Positions 40,877 to 53,660 of a stretch of DNA of 64,000 bases are shown here, piece after piece. Each line of letters opens with the position of its first letter. Position 1 is the first letter of the stretch. Origin of the DNA: Octopus sinensis (Eukaryota). Below the pieces are notes generated by a model, which did no database searches, was not told where the DNA came from, and saw only the letters and a list, made by a program, of their open reading frames with translations. Where the stretch lies: assembly GCF_006345805.1 (NCBI RefSeq), contig NC_042999.1:76508001-76572000 (forward strand). The letters are read 5' to 3'. The position numbers and the translations under genes were made by a program.

Positions 40877-43800
40877 TGTGTGTGCATCAAGTCTTGTGAC
40901 TGATAGTTAAAGTGATCATGGTTATATAAAAATATTAGAACTCTAGAAGTTTGGTGAACCATAATCTAAGTAGGAACTATATATATTGTTGAATAATATT
41001 CCTACAATTCAGAGGTTGCTTATCTGAAAAACAAAGTATTTTGCCGAGCTCGATTGCATGATAAATATATATTATTTGGCAGCAAAATTCACTCGGCACC
41101 ACACATATATATCATCTACGCTTCTTAGGTATGGCGTATCAAATATATCGCAGCTATCACACCAGTGACATGCAATGATACGTTGTTCAATATACGAGAA
41201 TGTTATAACTGTAATTATTCTAGACCAATCATCACTTGTTCGAGCTATACGTGATGGTGACGATGGTGATGAAATCAGCTACGAGTCTTCTTCAAAAGAT
41301 GGAGTTTCCAAGAAGAAATAATCACGCCGCATCTAACTCTTATTGGGTATAGCACTCCATCATTTATAACCTTCAATTCCTGACATTTATTGGAACTATT
41401 CACCTGTTCATCTTCGGAAATACTAATTTGTTTTATTACATATGTTACGATGATACGCATGAGAGGTAATTCCATATTATACCATATATATAGTATAAAT
41501 TATAAACACAAACCCCGAAGCAAATTGTGCTCCATATTACATTATATGATATGATATTATATTATATTGTTATTCTCTTTTTGTTAGGCACAAGGAATTT
41601 AGTGTATAAGGCACTATATTTACTTCGCTATGTTCCAGAATCTACCAACTTACTGCTTCAGTAGCCGCAAAATTGTTATATTATGTAATATTATATCTTA
41701 TTAAACTATTAATTATCAAAGTATGCAAAATAGATTACTTATTACCTGGTGAAATTTATTCAAATATATGTATATATGTATGTGAATATATACATGAATA
41801 TATATAAATATACGAATATATATGTGTGAGCGCGAGCGTGTGTGTGTATGTATGGAATAATAATCAAATTCTTTACTGATTCTATTACCAATATAGAACA
41901 CCTTTAATTAAGAACTAAGGGTTATTAATCGATAAAAACCTAAATATTAATAATATGAAACTTATTTGAATTCACAAAAGCCCATAGGAAATACGACTTA
42001 CCTACGAATTATTATATAAGAAACAGTATCACTATGATGCAGATTTAATTAAATTTAATTAATATACATTCAAATACAGACTTAATAAGATTCATTCTCG
42101 AATTTTCTCTACACGCAAATATATTCTTTTGTTTTCATGTAACACAGAATGAATACAGTCTTGGTAATCTTCTTCAATTGTTTCGGCATGTTTTGAAGAA
42201 TAGCATTATGTATCATGGATCTATTCTTTCTCTCTCCTTCTCTCTCTCTTTCTCTCTCTCCATCTCTCTCTTCCTCTCTATCTTTCTCTCTCCCTTTCTT
42301 TTATCACATACGCGAGACACCCCGCGCACAAAGACACGTGCGTGCGCTGTTTCTGTCTAATTATTTATGTACATATTAATTACCCCCCCCATATTCTTAT
42401 CTATGTCATATATGCTATGTATGTTTAAATATATGTGTGTGTGTTTATACACACATACACGTACACATACACACGCACACACACACGTTTGAATGCTTGT
42501 GCATGTGTGTATGTGTATGCATTGCTCCCTGATTATTATTGACGAAACTGGAATGTCAAATGCTGGGAACTATTAAATTCACTAATCTTCCCTAAAAAAT
42601 GTTAGATTTCATGATTATTTCAAGAAATAGGTCGGTAAAATGTCATAACGTTCAGTTTAGTTCCTCTAATTTGTGGGTTCACAATTTCTGCACGTTCTAC
42701 TTTCACTTTTATCTCAGAAAAGTAAAAACAAAAAAAAAAGAAAGAAAACGAATGTCTATAATATTCTGGGGTTTGGAAATCGACTTTGCTCAAGTGTCCA
42801 AATATTAGCGACTGATAATCGCCCCTTTACAATTTACCTAATGCCTCGTCTAAAGAAATTTCAAACTGAAATTTACCAAGATATTGATTTATGTCTTGTT
42901 TTCAAGACATAGAATTTCTTACCCCACTTAATTTGGAAACTGAATAATAAGAATAATTTTTTTTTAAAAAAAGGAGACAAAAGTAAAAAAAAAAAAGAAG
43001 AGAAAACAAAAATATAAATATGTGTGCAAAGAAAGTTATTAAAAAAAGTTTTTGTTTTTTTTGAAGAGCGGCTACTGAGAAGATATTTGTGAAGAGGAAT
43101 ATCATAAGTTTACAACACTTTTCGCGTGTGAGCAAGTCAGTGTCTGTGTGTGTGTGGTGTGTGTGTGTGTGTGTGCGTGCATGCTTGTGTGTGCATGTGT
43201 GTGTGTGTGTGTGTGTGCGCGCGCACATTTATACTGTTACAACTTTTTTAGTTCCTATCGATAATCATAACAAATTAGCTTCGCTTAGGAAAGTGATAAA
43301 TCCCGTAGGAAAATATTATTATCGTTGGTTACGCATAAAAAGAGCGCCTCCACACTGCCACCTTGCTTTATTGTAGTAGGTTACACACACAATTAAGCAT
43401 TACATACATATTTAAAGAAGATAATTCCTTACACCATAAATTTATAGAAATAGTTCAGCCGAAACTTGATTCTCTGAAGACACAGCTAACAGTGTCAACT
43501 TGTCAGTGAAGAGAAAGAGATTTTCTTGTTTTGGCTTATCGAGATGTCATCAGAGGAAGTATAAGTGCCTTTGAGAATTTTTACTTAATCTTGCCATAGA
43601 CTACGTATTGTTCATTCTACAGTGGCACAGTTAACAGGATATTACTTCTTAACGTTCAGTGACAAATTTATGTCAACGTTAACGCTATTTAGCATTTTAC
43701 ATTTTACTAGGCCTATCAGAAAAATCTCTAGAATTGACATTAATTCAAAATTTCTTTAATAATAAACCCAAGAACGGTTGTAGACATCTTGATGTAAAAT

Positions 43801-44652
43801 TAATTTATACACAACAAAGAACATCGATTTTAAATGAAATTAAGAATATAGAATATAATCTATGTGTAGTCATAAGAATTGGAATTTCTAAATATCTGAA
43901 TCGGCTAAAGACAGTTCAAGAAAAGTATGCTGAGGAGAAATATTGATTTTCGAAATGACATTTTGGGAGATGTTATAGTCAATTGTATCAGTTCCAGTAC
44001 TTGACTTGTACTTATTACTTATTTTATTGACACCAGAAAGTTGAAAGGCTAACAGGACATCCGAGATTTAAAGAAGAAATAACTATATAGTTCGTTCGTT
44101 ATTGTCGACAATGGCCAAAGGACATCACATCGCAAGGAAAAAGAAGAAGAAATAACTAAAAAAACAGCAAGACGGTTGTTATGATGCTCTGTTGCTTATG
44201 TGATATTACAACCTACACCTATAATTCTTTATTCTTTTGAATTGCTTCTGTTCATTATAAACTATAGCCTCGGAACTGGCCGCAGTGGACTACGTTATCT
44301 GCTATCATCAACGCATTGTTAATAGTGTAGACAACGTAGCTGTTAACAGCTATCAGAGAATAGATACAGACAGCTCGCTGCAGCTAGCAGCAGAACTGTG
44401 AAATTGGTCTATAGTTTTGTTAGCTTTCATTTCAGAATTTACATATGGTAACATGTCAGGAAAGAATGTATGTGAGCACGCTGAATTAAATAGATAAACC
44501 ACCCAACGAGACTCGCTAAGAGCCCTACTATGACTCAGGGTTTTGGAAACTCCAACATATAGTATAGCTGATACAGAAGTGGGATTCGCACAAACTCATA
44601 CACAAAAAGATAAGACTACATGAGTGTAACCATGACAGTGAGGTTATGAAAG

Positions 44653-44703
<51 letters not shown>

Positions 44704-45036
44704 CATACATACATACATACATATATTAATACATACATACATACAAGAGCCTTGCATCAAACTCAAAAGGAACAAACAATGATGATAAACTATTGCAGAA
44801 ATAAAAAAGGTGTTTTTCACAAGTATATTTCTATGGAATTCATTATTTGAAATACTAGCTATGAGAGAGAGAGGGGGGAGGGAGGGAGAGAGAGGGAGAA
44901 AGAGAAAAACCACCATGTCCCCCAGAAACAGCAGTTAGACTCGTAAAATTCCTACTCAGCCCCCTTAATTCAAGTATTAAATGTATTTAATGTTTTTTTT
45001 TTATATTGACTCGCCTACTAATTTGACTGTCCTTAC

Positions 45037-45081
<45 letters not shown>

Positions 45082-45421
45082 TGTGTGTGTGCACGTGTGT
45101 GGTGTGCATGTGTGTGTGTGAGAGAGAGAGAGGAAGAGAGAGAGAGAGAGAGTGTGTGTGTGTGTGTGTGTATGTGTGTGCGTGTGTGTGTGTGTGTGTG
45201 TGTATGTGTGTGCGTGTGTGTGTGTGTGTGTGTGGAACTACCTGCGATGCCAGTTGTTTTCTTTCCATCGGTGGTACCAACTTTTTCGGGTTTGTCATCA
45301 GACTTACGACAGCTGAATAAGTCCGATGATCAGCGTATCGTTACCAAGATACTTGAAGCCCTGTATGCGAGTCTCCATGACTGTATCATTCTATCTCTCT
45401 CTCTCTCTCTCTAGCTATCTA

Positions 45422-45481
<60 letters not shown>

Positions 45482-45504
45482 ATATTATATATATACATAC
45501 GAAA

Positions 45505-45610
45505 GTGTTGGAAACAATACCTCGCGGCATTTGTTCCGACTCTTTCCACTCTTAGTCCAAATCCTACCAAGATCAACTTTGTCTCTCATGCTTTCGGGGG
45601 TTGATAACGT
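45505..45610 (+). mobile_element. Degenerate SINE family C fragment
   Basis: gtccaaatcctaccaagatcaactttgtctctcatgctttcggggttgataa matches the family-C B box and central domain. Confidence 0.45.
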
Positions 45611-46029
45611 ATCATTCCAGGGCAGTGGATCAGCAGAGCTGTTCGAGTGTGGGAAAAGATGCCTAGCCTTATTTCATGCAACTCTTTGCGTCCTGACTGC
45701 AACGGCAGTTAAAAGCTGTGTCGGCTTTAGATAAGCATCGGTGACTTGGAGAGGGAAGACTGAATGCATTTATTAAAAAACTATCTAATATTGTGCTTAA
45801 GTGATCAACCTTGACTGATATAGGCTCTCTCTCTCACTCTCTCTACTCTCCACCTTTACGTATATACATAGACACACACGCACACACACACTCACAAACA
45901 CACACACATATATATATGTGAATGTATAATATATATATATATATACACATACATATATATATAATACATTTGTAAATGCATATATATATATTTGTATATA
46001 TGTGTTTCATCAACTACAAATAGATGACT

Positions 46030-46110
<81 letters not shown>

Positions 46111-47833
46111 AACACACACATACATTCATATAACCTCCCCATACACACACACATACGTTTATATGATACAATACTTTGTACAATTTCTCATCAGTTACTT
46201 GGATATTCACTTTAGCTTTCAATTTTTCACTTCCTCTTTAATATCCTCATTTCTGTGGACTCTCTTCTCTTGCTACTTTATCTGTTTTGTGTGAGTATGC
46301 ATATATAGTTACGACATACATACATGTGTGTGTATGTGTGTGTGTGTGTGTGTTCACGTACGCGTATGTGTGTTTGTGTTTACGTGTGTGTACAATGTAT
46401 GTGAGTGAACGTGCACATGAGATTACGTTTTAATTGGCATTGAGACTATGGCACAGGAACAAAACCGACAGCGGTTATACGCTCTACGAATGATTTTGAA
46501 GGAAACATTGTGTTCATTTTGGTTTAATTTTTTCTGTTTTTGTTTATTTGGTTTTTAATTTTAGATTTTTAATTTTAGTTTTTGCCAATGGCCTTACTAA
46601 GCGATTCCGTTAATTTAATCAGAAAAGTTATATCACGAGTTTAATGTCACGGAGCTGCTATAGCTTATGAAACGGAAATCTACTGGTTGTTCAGCGGCAA
46701 TCTGATACATAGAAGCAGAATACATGAGATGATTAAGTGTGCACTTGAGCTTGTTGTTAGCTGGAAACTGAGCGCAACCCGGAACGGTCAGAGTTAATAT
46801 GCCGTATTTCGATGTGTTAAAAATGATGTTCTAGTAAGGATTTGAGAATAATTTAAAACGACTTCGAATTATTGACTTAACTTGCTGCTTCGGTGAATGT
46901 AATTGTTGGGTAGGTCATTGAGCAACACAATAGAGGAGACGGAGACATGTCTGGAATAAACTATTGTCTGCTTCAGACAAATAAATGATGGCTTCATTGT
47001 CATAGCAGAAGCAAAGGCTATGCTTAATATGAATGATATGAAAAATTCACTTGAAGTTGATAAATAGCAATTTTAGTCAATTAGAAGCGAAACTTAATAA
47101 GATATTTAAGTGCTGTTTAAAGCCAACTCATTGACAGCGGCTTTGCGGCTTGATCATAAGCAATGATTGAAACAGCTAACCAGCTGCTTGCCTGTAATAA
47201 CTCGAATCTCATACATCGACTTTCACACACATTCCTTTAATAACATTATGCACACATATACACACATATATATATATATGATTTCACGCAATCATATAAT
47301 ATTATAATATTACATTCTGCCAGTGTCTATAAATATATATATATATATAAATCCATAGTCATTGAGACAAACTAGCACATATGACTGCATGCAAAATTAT
47401 TAAACAATACCAGTTAGTTATATATATTTTCTCAATTAACATTTTGCGAGGAAGTGCTTGCCGCTTATTATGTGCAGTCTGTGCAACCATATTTTTAGTC
47501 AATCTACTCGTCACCAAGCTATAATTAGCTTCGTTCCTCAACAATTTTGAATTTCAATATTGCTTTGTATTACTTTCGTAATAATTTACATTTTACGCGA
47601 GTGTAAAAAAAAAAAAGACTTGAAATTTCAGAATAGAAAACGATTAAGCATCCGACATTTCATTATTACGAGACAGTTCCATTCTCCCAGAGAACTATTA
47701 CACTTCTGTCTGTGTTACAAAAGTTATCAATACCCTAAGTTCCAGTTGCTTTTAATATCGAAACTTGCGTCTCTCTCTCGCTCTTCCTCCTTTACTACAC
47801 AAACACACACACATACATATAAAACATATGTAC

Positions 47834-47885
<52 letters not shown>

Positions 47886-48202
47886 TATATATATTATATA
47901 TATAAATGTGGCGTACGTGTTAGTATGTTAGAGAATGAGGTGCAATTCCACCATTAACTGGATTCGGTAATCTGTAGCAATAATTTCTCATTAATCAAAC
48001 TAGTAATGTCATATGGAATGCCATATATCACATACCTCGATGTATTCTAAGGGAGGAAATCGTAAAGCACAGCACTAAATACCTGACAGTTTAAAGCCTG
48101 TCAGTCGTGCATGACCTGTATATGTAAATATGCCTCGATATATATGTGGATATCGGTGTATGCACATATTATGTGTGCGTAGATATGCACGAAGGACTAC
48201 GA

Positions 48203-48305
48203 AGGTGCGTGGTTTTGTGGATAAGGTATTCGGCTGACGATCATAAGGTCGTGAGTTCGATTCTCGACCGCGTGCTGTGACTTTGAGCAAGATGCTTTAT
48301 TTCTC
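48203..48305 (+). mobile_element. Degenerate family-A SINE head
   Basis: ggtgcgtggttttgtgg..aaggtcgtgagttcgattctcgacc..tttgagcaagatgctttatttc. Confidence 0.5.
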
Positions 48306-48401
48306 GTTGAGTTTTACCTGTTGTTCAAAGGGACAGCTTTTCCCATTCTCATTCTCACAGAAAACTATATTAAGGGTACGCGTGTCTTTGGTGAGAGCCA
48401 A

Positions 48402-48450
<49 letters not shown>

Positions 48451-48519
48451 CCTTTAAAATTGTCCTCTCTCTTCATGCCTTCAAAATAAATCAGTACCCA
48501 CAAATTTTTAGCACTCAAC

Positions 48520-48960
48520 AAAACACAAATAGCATTGCTACCTCAAGATTGTTATTTCTATCTACAGAGCCATCCAAGGCTATATCCACAGAAAGTATAA
48601 GTGACTGTTGGCATAAAACCAACACGCTCAAGGCTCCATTCCGCACACGTTTTGCATCCTTTCTGCATTTCCTATTCCTACTCTAACGCTTAATAGTTTC
48701 TGCTTGCCATCTTCAGACAGGCACTCCCGAGTCACCCATTCACCCTCTCTCATCACTCATGTTGTATCCAACATGCCTAATCCTCATACAAATTAGTACA
48801 CCTAGTCTTGCTTCCCCAGCAACGCCGATTTTGGAGAAGTCCAACTCTACATGTGTTTTCCATGCAGCTATCGACTTGCAACAGTTGAAGTAAACTTTTA
48901 ACATAAATAGTTTGGCCTCGCAAAATCTGTGTCCCCTTAATCCAGATCCTGGAAGTTATT
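48520..48960 (-). mobile_element. Possible very old RLE non-LTR (R2/NeSL-like) relic
   Basis: Across frameshifts the minus strand gives NG(*)LGSACLK, GCKTC..LS.VL..CQ and DRNNNL, suggesting a CCHC knuckle plus RHN motif. Weak and by eye only. Confidence 0.3.
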
Positions 48961-51383
48961 ATTACATGCATGTGCGCTCATATTAAGGGTGTTGTTATAA
49001 CGAACAGGAGTTCAAAGTATGAGGTGTATAGGAGGTAAGGAGAATAAATTATATTTATTCGGCTGATGTCTTATGCTGCTAATTGGAGTTACGGTTTCTT
49101 GTGCAGTTTATGAGAAATAGGGATCTATTAAATAAAAACTTAAAAAAAAAACATTTGCCCAAATTGTCACACAATGGGATCCAACCCAGGATCTCATGAG
49201 GGCAAATCAAACAATAATATGTGTGAGTCGGTGCGCTCGCACAAACACATACACACACACAAATAAAGAGTATAAACACACAGCTTATATATGTGTGTGT
49301 TTGAGTTCGCACATATATATTAATGTATATAAATACATAAGCAGCCTCCATATATGTGTGCATGTGTATATGTACATATATGCATGCAAAGAATATGTGC
49401 ATGAGGCACACTTATTTTTGCTTGTATATACGAATGTAATTTAACAGAGTGCATGTGATTATACCGAACGTACGGCATACGTTTATGTTCATACTATTGT
49501 ATATATTCACAAATACACACACACACATACACACCTCTCAGGAGCAATCATACAATTGTCTATACATCTCTTTATGTATGAAAGCGTGTTTATTTGTCAT
49601 AAGATATTTTCTGCCATTTTCTATTTCAAGTGAATAAAATGCTCCCATCTGAGCTAAGCTGAGCTTTAAAATTTAGAGTGAAAGAAAATATTTGACTGAA
49701 TAGCAGAAGATTAAATTTCTTCAACAGAAGATATAAGAATTAATCCAACATCGAGCAGCAGCTTTTTGATTTTCTTCAAATTCTCTATTGATTTGATCAA
49801 ATTACTCCCTCACTATCAAATCCATTCGATCTGACTGTGAAAAAAAAATCTGCCTTTCTCCCTCTCCTTTGCCTAAAACTGAAAGTAATCCAAATTTTGA
49901 TACATTTATTTTTGTAGTGCGTATTCTCGTTCCGTTTGTTAGTTTGGGGAAAAAATTTAACTATTTTATTCTATTTTATTTCATTATATTTTTATTCTAT
50001 TTGTTTTACGATTTTAATTTTCACAATTTTTTTTAAAATCAAAACTGCCAAATCGTGCTTGTATCTTGGTGCCGATTTTTTTTCTCCGTCTTTAATCTAA
50101 TTTTTTTAATCTGTGTTTTATGTACATTTCCTTTGATTTGTTTTTCTTAAATTTTTTTTTTTCCAGTAGGGTTGAGTTTAAGTGAAATGAGTAGTGGAAA
50201 ACCACTGTTCGGCAACTTAGAAAATAATTATTGTGTCTCTCCGTTTCAAATTTTCTCTTAATAAGTTCGTAAGTCCTCCGTTACAGCACAAATACAACCG
50301 AGGGAGGAGAAGAGAAATGAAATAACAAAAATAGAAGGTAACTAGGAACGGAAAAAATGTAAAAAGGAAGAGTGAACGTAAACGAGAAAAAGAAAGAAAG
50401 GAAAGAGAAAGGAATAAAAAATATATTAGAAAGAAAGAAGGAAAAAGAAAGTGAAAAAAAAAGAGAAGAAAATGATATAGTGTAATCTTGGGCTTATCAC
50501 TGAGATTAAGCAGATATTTCTACGATGTCAGTGCAGAAAAATCTGGTGTTATAGCTTGTCATAGTATCGTTCTGATGTGAAATTTGGTAATCGAGCGAAA
50601 AATAGTTAGACTAAACAGAAGGCGAACGATGAAGGGCTAGAGGGGGGGTGGAAGAGGAGGAGGAGGAGGAAATATAATACTGCAACAATAACGATAACAT
50701 CAAAAACAATAACAGTAAACAAGGGAAAAAAGAACAGCAGGGAATAGGGGGATTCTATTAGCTGCAAGTAATAAAAGTCATTAAACTATTCCCCTCATTA
50801 AAGGTTCCGCTACCATATAATGCTATAAGACATATTTGTCCTCCACCTAAGCCTATACAATGTGACTACGATATAATTATCTTTCACTTTCGTTCCGTTC
50901 ACTCTTACTTCTCCCTATATCAACTCTTTCTTTCCCCTTCTAAGTCTTTCTTTTCTTTTTAATTAATCATCTTCTCCCATCTCCCTACTCTTCCGCTTCT
51001 TTTTTCTTCTTTTACTGCCTCCGTCTTCTATCTGAAGATCACTGCTTAATATCAGTTTTCGTGAAACACCGATATACATACACGCAAGCAGGCGCACGTG
51101 CACACTCACACACACACACACACACGCACAAATATAAATATATTTATATTGTACGCACGATGGTGTGTGTGTGTATAATTCATAATCGTTAGTTTGACAA
51201 AATATATTCTGTTCCGCTATGGGTTATCAGGACTCTGAGACTTATCTTTCAATCTTATTTTCTAAGTGCTTGGCCATGGCTTTTTCATGAACTTATTATT
51301 GCCTGGAATGTGTGTGAGTGTGTGTGTGTATGTGTGTGTGTGTACGCTCGTAAGTTGATATATGTGTGTGTTTGTGTGCGTGT

Positions 51384-51583
51384 ATCGCCATGATTGACCT
51401 CTAATTCCACAAGTTTGTTTTTTATTATTTTCTCTCTGTTTATTTCTTCGTGTTCCTTTCTGCTGAAGAGCGTAGGCTGGAAGCGTAAAAGTCTTTCTCA
51501 CCTTCCTGAGTGTCGAACTAATACACCTGCTTGTTGTTTATATACCTGTCTCCTGTCTACATCTTTTGTTTTTCTGTAAATTT

Positions 51584-51587
<4 letters not shown>
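51384..51587 (+). mobile_element. Family E element, second copy, with a decayed hammerhead-like motif at 51455-51493
   Basis: ccttt CTGCTGA a gagc gtag gctg gaag c gta aaag; homologous to 34950-35150. Confidence 0.65.
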
Positions 51588-51654
<67 letters not shown>

Positions 51655-51994
51655 TATATATATGTATACACCCATATCTGTATATGTATATAATACATAT
51701 GTATATATATACACACACATATACACACATACATATATTCATTTATTCTTCTATTTGTTTCAGTCATTTGACTGCGGCCATGCTGGAGCACCGGCTTTTA
51801 GTTGAACAAATCGACCCCAGAACTTATTCCTTGTAAGCCTAGTACTTATTCTATCGGATATCTTTTGCCGAACTGCTAAATTACGGGGAAGTAAACACAC
51901 CAACATCTGTTGTCGAGCGATGCTCGCGGACAAACACAGACACACACAAATTTGCACACACGCACGCACATACATATTATATATATATATATAT

Positions 51995-52156
51995 ATCAGA
52001 AATATAAAATTTCTAAGTGTCTCAAAGAGACATGAGCGGTGATGGAGCGATAGAGTGGTTGTATACTGTCACGTTAAGTTGACAGTATACAACCACTCTA
52101 TCGCTCCACCACCGATCATGTCTCTTTGAGACATTTAGAAATTTAATATTTCTGAT
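51995..52156. repeat. 162-bp palindrome: 77-bp arms, 8-nt spacer cgttaagt
   Basis: 51995-52071 versus the reverse complement of 52080-52156 shows 4 mismatches. Confidence 0.95.
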
Positions 52157-52231
52157 TACGGTAACCAGTGAATAGATTTCACTGTAAATATATATATATG
52201 TGAAAGCTGGACAGGCGCCTCAATCAACATA

Positions 52232-52292
52232 TCTCACTATCCTGGGCTGATGACGGGTTAAGACCCAGAAACATGCATGTCCTCAGGTGAGA
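52232..52292 (+). ncRNA. Extended type I hammerhead ribozyme
   Basis: Stem I CCUGGG/CUCAGG plus UCUCA/UGAGA beyond a bulge. Core CUGAUGA at 52247-52253. Stem II GGGU-uaag-ACCC. GAAA at 52268-52271. Palindromic stem III ACAUGCAUGU. GUC cleavage triplet ending at 52281. Confidence 0.82.
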
Positions 52293-52449
52293 ACCTTGGC
52301 TGGTAGGGGTGTTTGCCTCCCCTTCACAAATATAAGGACACAGAAAATGTGTCAAAGCCGACAGGAAGCGTTCGATGCTTCCTAGGGCTAAACAGCAGTG
52401 GTGTAATTCCCATACGGGACTGTCACGTTAAGTTGACAGTATACAACCA

Positions 52450-52481
<32 letters not shown>

Positions 52482-52919
52482 GACGAGCTTTTTTCAGTTT
52501 CTGTCTACCAAATCCACTCACAAGCCTTTGGTCAGCCAGAGGCTATAGTAGAAGATACGTGCCTGGAACCATGTGGTTGCTAAGCAAGCTACTTACCACA
52601 CAGCCACGCCGAATATGACGGGTTTAGTTCACTTGTGATCTAATCGAATAAGCAAGCTGAGTGGTATAGTTGGTCGACCGTTAGGTTCCAAGAACACAGC
52701 CAAGGTTGGATCTAGGGATCCGTATTAGGATATATAAATCAATGTCATGAAAAGAGGATATATTGTGCTAGGCACACAGTATTGGGAGAAGATAAATAGA
52801 ATAGATACGGTAGCAATGCTTGTCTGCGATCATTTGTCTCCTAGATCAGAACTAAACTGGCTCTAAACATTAACTACAACAACAGTAACATAAATTATGG
52901 AATGAAGGAATGATAAATG

Positions 52920-53046
52920 ATAACCACATGGTTCCAGGTTCAGTCCCACTGCGTGGCACCTTGGGCAAATGTCTTCTACTATAGCCGCGGGCCGACCAAA
53001 GCCTTGTGCGTGGATTTGGTAGACGGAAGCTGAAAGAAGCCCGTCG

Positions 53047-53082
<36 letters not shown>

Positions 53083-53190
53083 TTATGTATGTATGTATGT
53101 GTGTGTGTATATGTTTGTGTGTCTGTGTTTCCCCCCCCCCACCCCCACATCGCTTGACAACCGATGCTGGTGTGTTTACGTCCCCGTAAC
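52920..53190 (+). mobile_element. SINE family B, partial
   Basis: Reverse complement of most of 58985-59240; internal (TATG)/(TG) tract present. Confidence 0.85.
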
Positions 53191-53608
53191 AGTGTAAAAG
53201 AGTAAAAGAGTAAAGAGTATATGTCAAAGCGGAATGACGACAGAAATGAAAGAGCGGTACACTAAATGTTGTAACGATATTTGGGTGTCTTTCACTACTC
53301 TCTGATTTCAAGATCGAATCCCACAATCATCAAATTTACTATCCAATGTTTTGAAGAACAATTAATGCACTGACGTCAATACACAAGACTACACTTCCTC
53401 TATAAACATGCAGCTCTCTGGGCCAATGGGGGAACCTTCTAAAAATAATAACTACATCTCCCGCAACTCACACCGAACTTTCTTTAATAGTAGTCTTAAA
53501 TAGAGTATATGACGGTTTGGCACAGCCGTTTCGGCGCCGCCTATTTGGCTTTGCTGATTCGACACAATCTATTTGACATCAAGTACTCCAGTATTTCTCT
53601 CGTTCGCT

Positions 53609-53660
<52 letters not shown>

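Larger units (their letters stand above)
51995..52453 (+). mobile_element. Retrozyme-like / non-autonomous Penelope-like insertion
   Basis: Non-coding. Contains a hammerhead, a 35-bp direct repeat (52065-52099 = 52419-52453), a 5' inverted segment and several hairpins. (TA)n lies on both sides. Confidence 0.65.
51743..52610 (-). mobile_element. SINE family B split by an insertion (3' half 51743-51994, 5' half 52481-52610)
   Basis: Both halves align in order to the intact copy at 58861-59266. The gap falls in the internal (CA)/(TA) tract. Confidence 0.85.

Noticed and set aside
44337-44352. Perfect 16-bp palindrome tagctgttaacagcta
   Set aside because: Isolated, and plausible by chance in 64 kb of AT-rich DNA.
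53515-53550. Minus-strand ggcggcgccgaaacggc
   Set aside because: Lacks any CUGANGA-like core upstream.
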